Positions 62,601-64,000 of a DNA stretch of 64,000 nt are shown here, one piece after another (positions within the stretch are counted from its first letter, which is position 1; every line of letters starts with the position of its first letter). The position numbers and the translations under genes are program-made. Source of the DNA: Azolla caroliniana (Eukaryota; Plantae; Polypodiophyta); NCBI GenBank assembly GCA_043228905.1, contig JBHGNT010000008.1, positions 11,904,001-11,968,000 of the forward strand, given 5' to 3'. Under the pieces are notes generated by a model that saw nothing but the letters and a program-made list of their open reading frames with translations, searched no databases and had not been told where the DNA came from.

Positions 62601-64000
62601 TCGGAGCGGATCCAACTTTGGAAAGGAAAATGACGGTTCTTCGGCATCGAAGACCGAACCGACCAAGAAGGGCCTCAAACCGGGTAACGGTGGGTTACGC
62701 CGGTCAACCCACCAGAAGTAACCTGGTAAGCGGTACAGGTACAATGAGTACATGGCGCATCACTATGCGTACATGACCAAGGTGGCGGAAGTGCGTGAGC
62801 CGGAGAGCTACGCAGAAGCGGGAAAGGACACACATTCGTGTGCCGCTATGGAAGAAGTGATGCGGGCACTTGATGCCAACAATACATGGGACCTGGTTGA
62901 CCCTCCCCGTCACAGTAAACCAATCGGATGCAAGTGGGTGTACAAGGTAAAGTACAACGCCGAAGGTTCAGTTAACCGGTACAAGGCCCGGTTAATGGTG
63001 AAGGGATACGCACAGACCCACGGAATCGATTATGACGAGATCTTTGCTCCAGTAGCGAAGATGAAGACGATTCATCTGGTGCTGGTGATTGCAGCGGCAA
63101 GGGGGTGGCATCTTCTCCAGATGGATGTGAAGAATGCATTTCTTCAAGGAGATCTTGAAGAAGAGGTCTTTATGATACAACCCCCAGTTTCCAGACGGAG
63201 ATGAGCAAGTTGTCGGTATGCCGGCTGAAGAAGTCAATTTATGGCTTGAAGCAAGCCCCCCGAGCTTGGAATGCGAAGATCATGCACCGGTCGTGTAAGA
63301 TGGGGTTTGCGGCCTCCAAGTCTGACTCTTCGTTGTTCATCCGGCAAGGTCCGAACGGTCCGGTTTGCATCTTGTTGTACGTTGATGATTTGGTCATCAC
63401 CAGACCCGGACTCGATGAAATCAACCGAGTCAAGTCCCAATTGTCGGATGCGTTTGAGATGAAGGACCTGGGGGACCATCACTATTTCCTTGGGATCGAG
63501 GTAATCTGAACCCCCGATGGCATATTGCTCTCACAAAGGCACTATGTGTTGAATATGTTGTACAAGTTCAGCATGTCGGAATGCCGACCTATCTCTACTC
63601 CCCTGGACCGGAACCAGAAGCTTTGTCCCGACTCCGGACTTGCCTGCGATGAGAAACGGTTTCGACAAATTGTCGGAAACCTTATATATTTGACAATCAC
63701 CCGGCCCGACATCAGCTATCCGTTCAGTGTAATTAGCCAATTCATGCAGAAGCCGACCGTAGAGCATCTTCAGTGCGCGCACCGAATACTGCAGTATGTG
63801 AGCGGCACGAAGGACCGGGGACTGTTATACCGGTGAGGTATAACCAAAGAGCTGGTCGGTTACACAGATGCCGATTGGGCCGGCGATGCATTAGATCGCC
63901 AATCAACCTCCGGTTATATGTTTTCCTTAGGTAGCGCGGTTGTTGCGTGGAGCAGCAAAAAGTAGCCAACAGTTGCTCTATCGAGCACTGAGGCTGAGTA
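59620..64000 (+). mobile_element. Ty1/copia element (partial 5' LTR to 59773, PBS 59774-59785, decayed gag-pol running off the window)
   Basis: PBS TGGTATC; WYVDSGASNHM; DVWGPA; RT KWVYKVK...YKARL, QMDVKNAFL, YGLKQAPRAW, LLYVDDLVI; RNase H GYTDADWAG. Confidence 0.93.

Overview
Eukaryotic land-plant nuclear DNA; the retroelement types suggest a non-seed plant (moss, lycophyte or fern), which is inference. Most of the window is a deep nest of decayed LTR retrotransposons: Ty1/copia, Tcn1-like chromoviruses, an Athila/Tat-like gypsy family and tRNA-Trp-primed gypsy families. Many LTRs, primer-binding sites, polypurine tracts and target-site duplications (TSDs) can be read directly. There is also a hAT-type MITE and one probable host gene (two-exon secreted DY-motif peptide precursor, 15930-17191). 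The most unusual block is 52485-59311. A Sola-like DDD transposase sits head-to-head with a spliced ParB/sulfiredoxin-fold gene, whose first intron holds 11 palindromes (GAACTCGATAC-nnn-GTATCGAGTTC) at an exact 51-bp period with symmetry-preserving substitutions. Several gypsy LTR families also carry antisense tRNA-like A/B-box modules. All family assignments come from motif recognition by eye, not from database searches.
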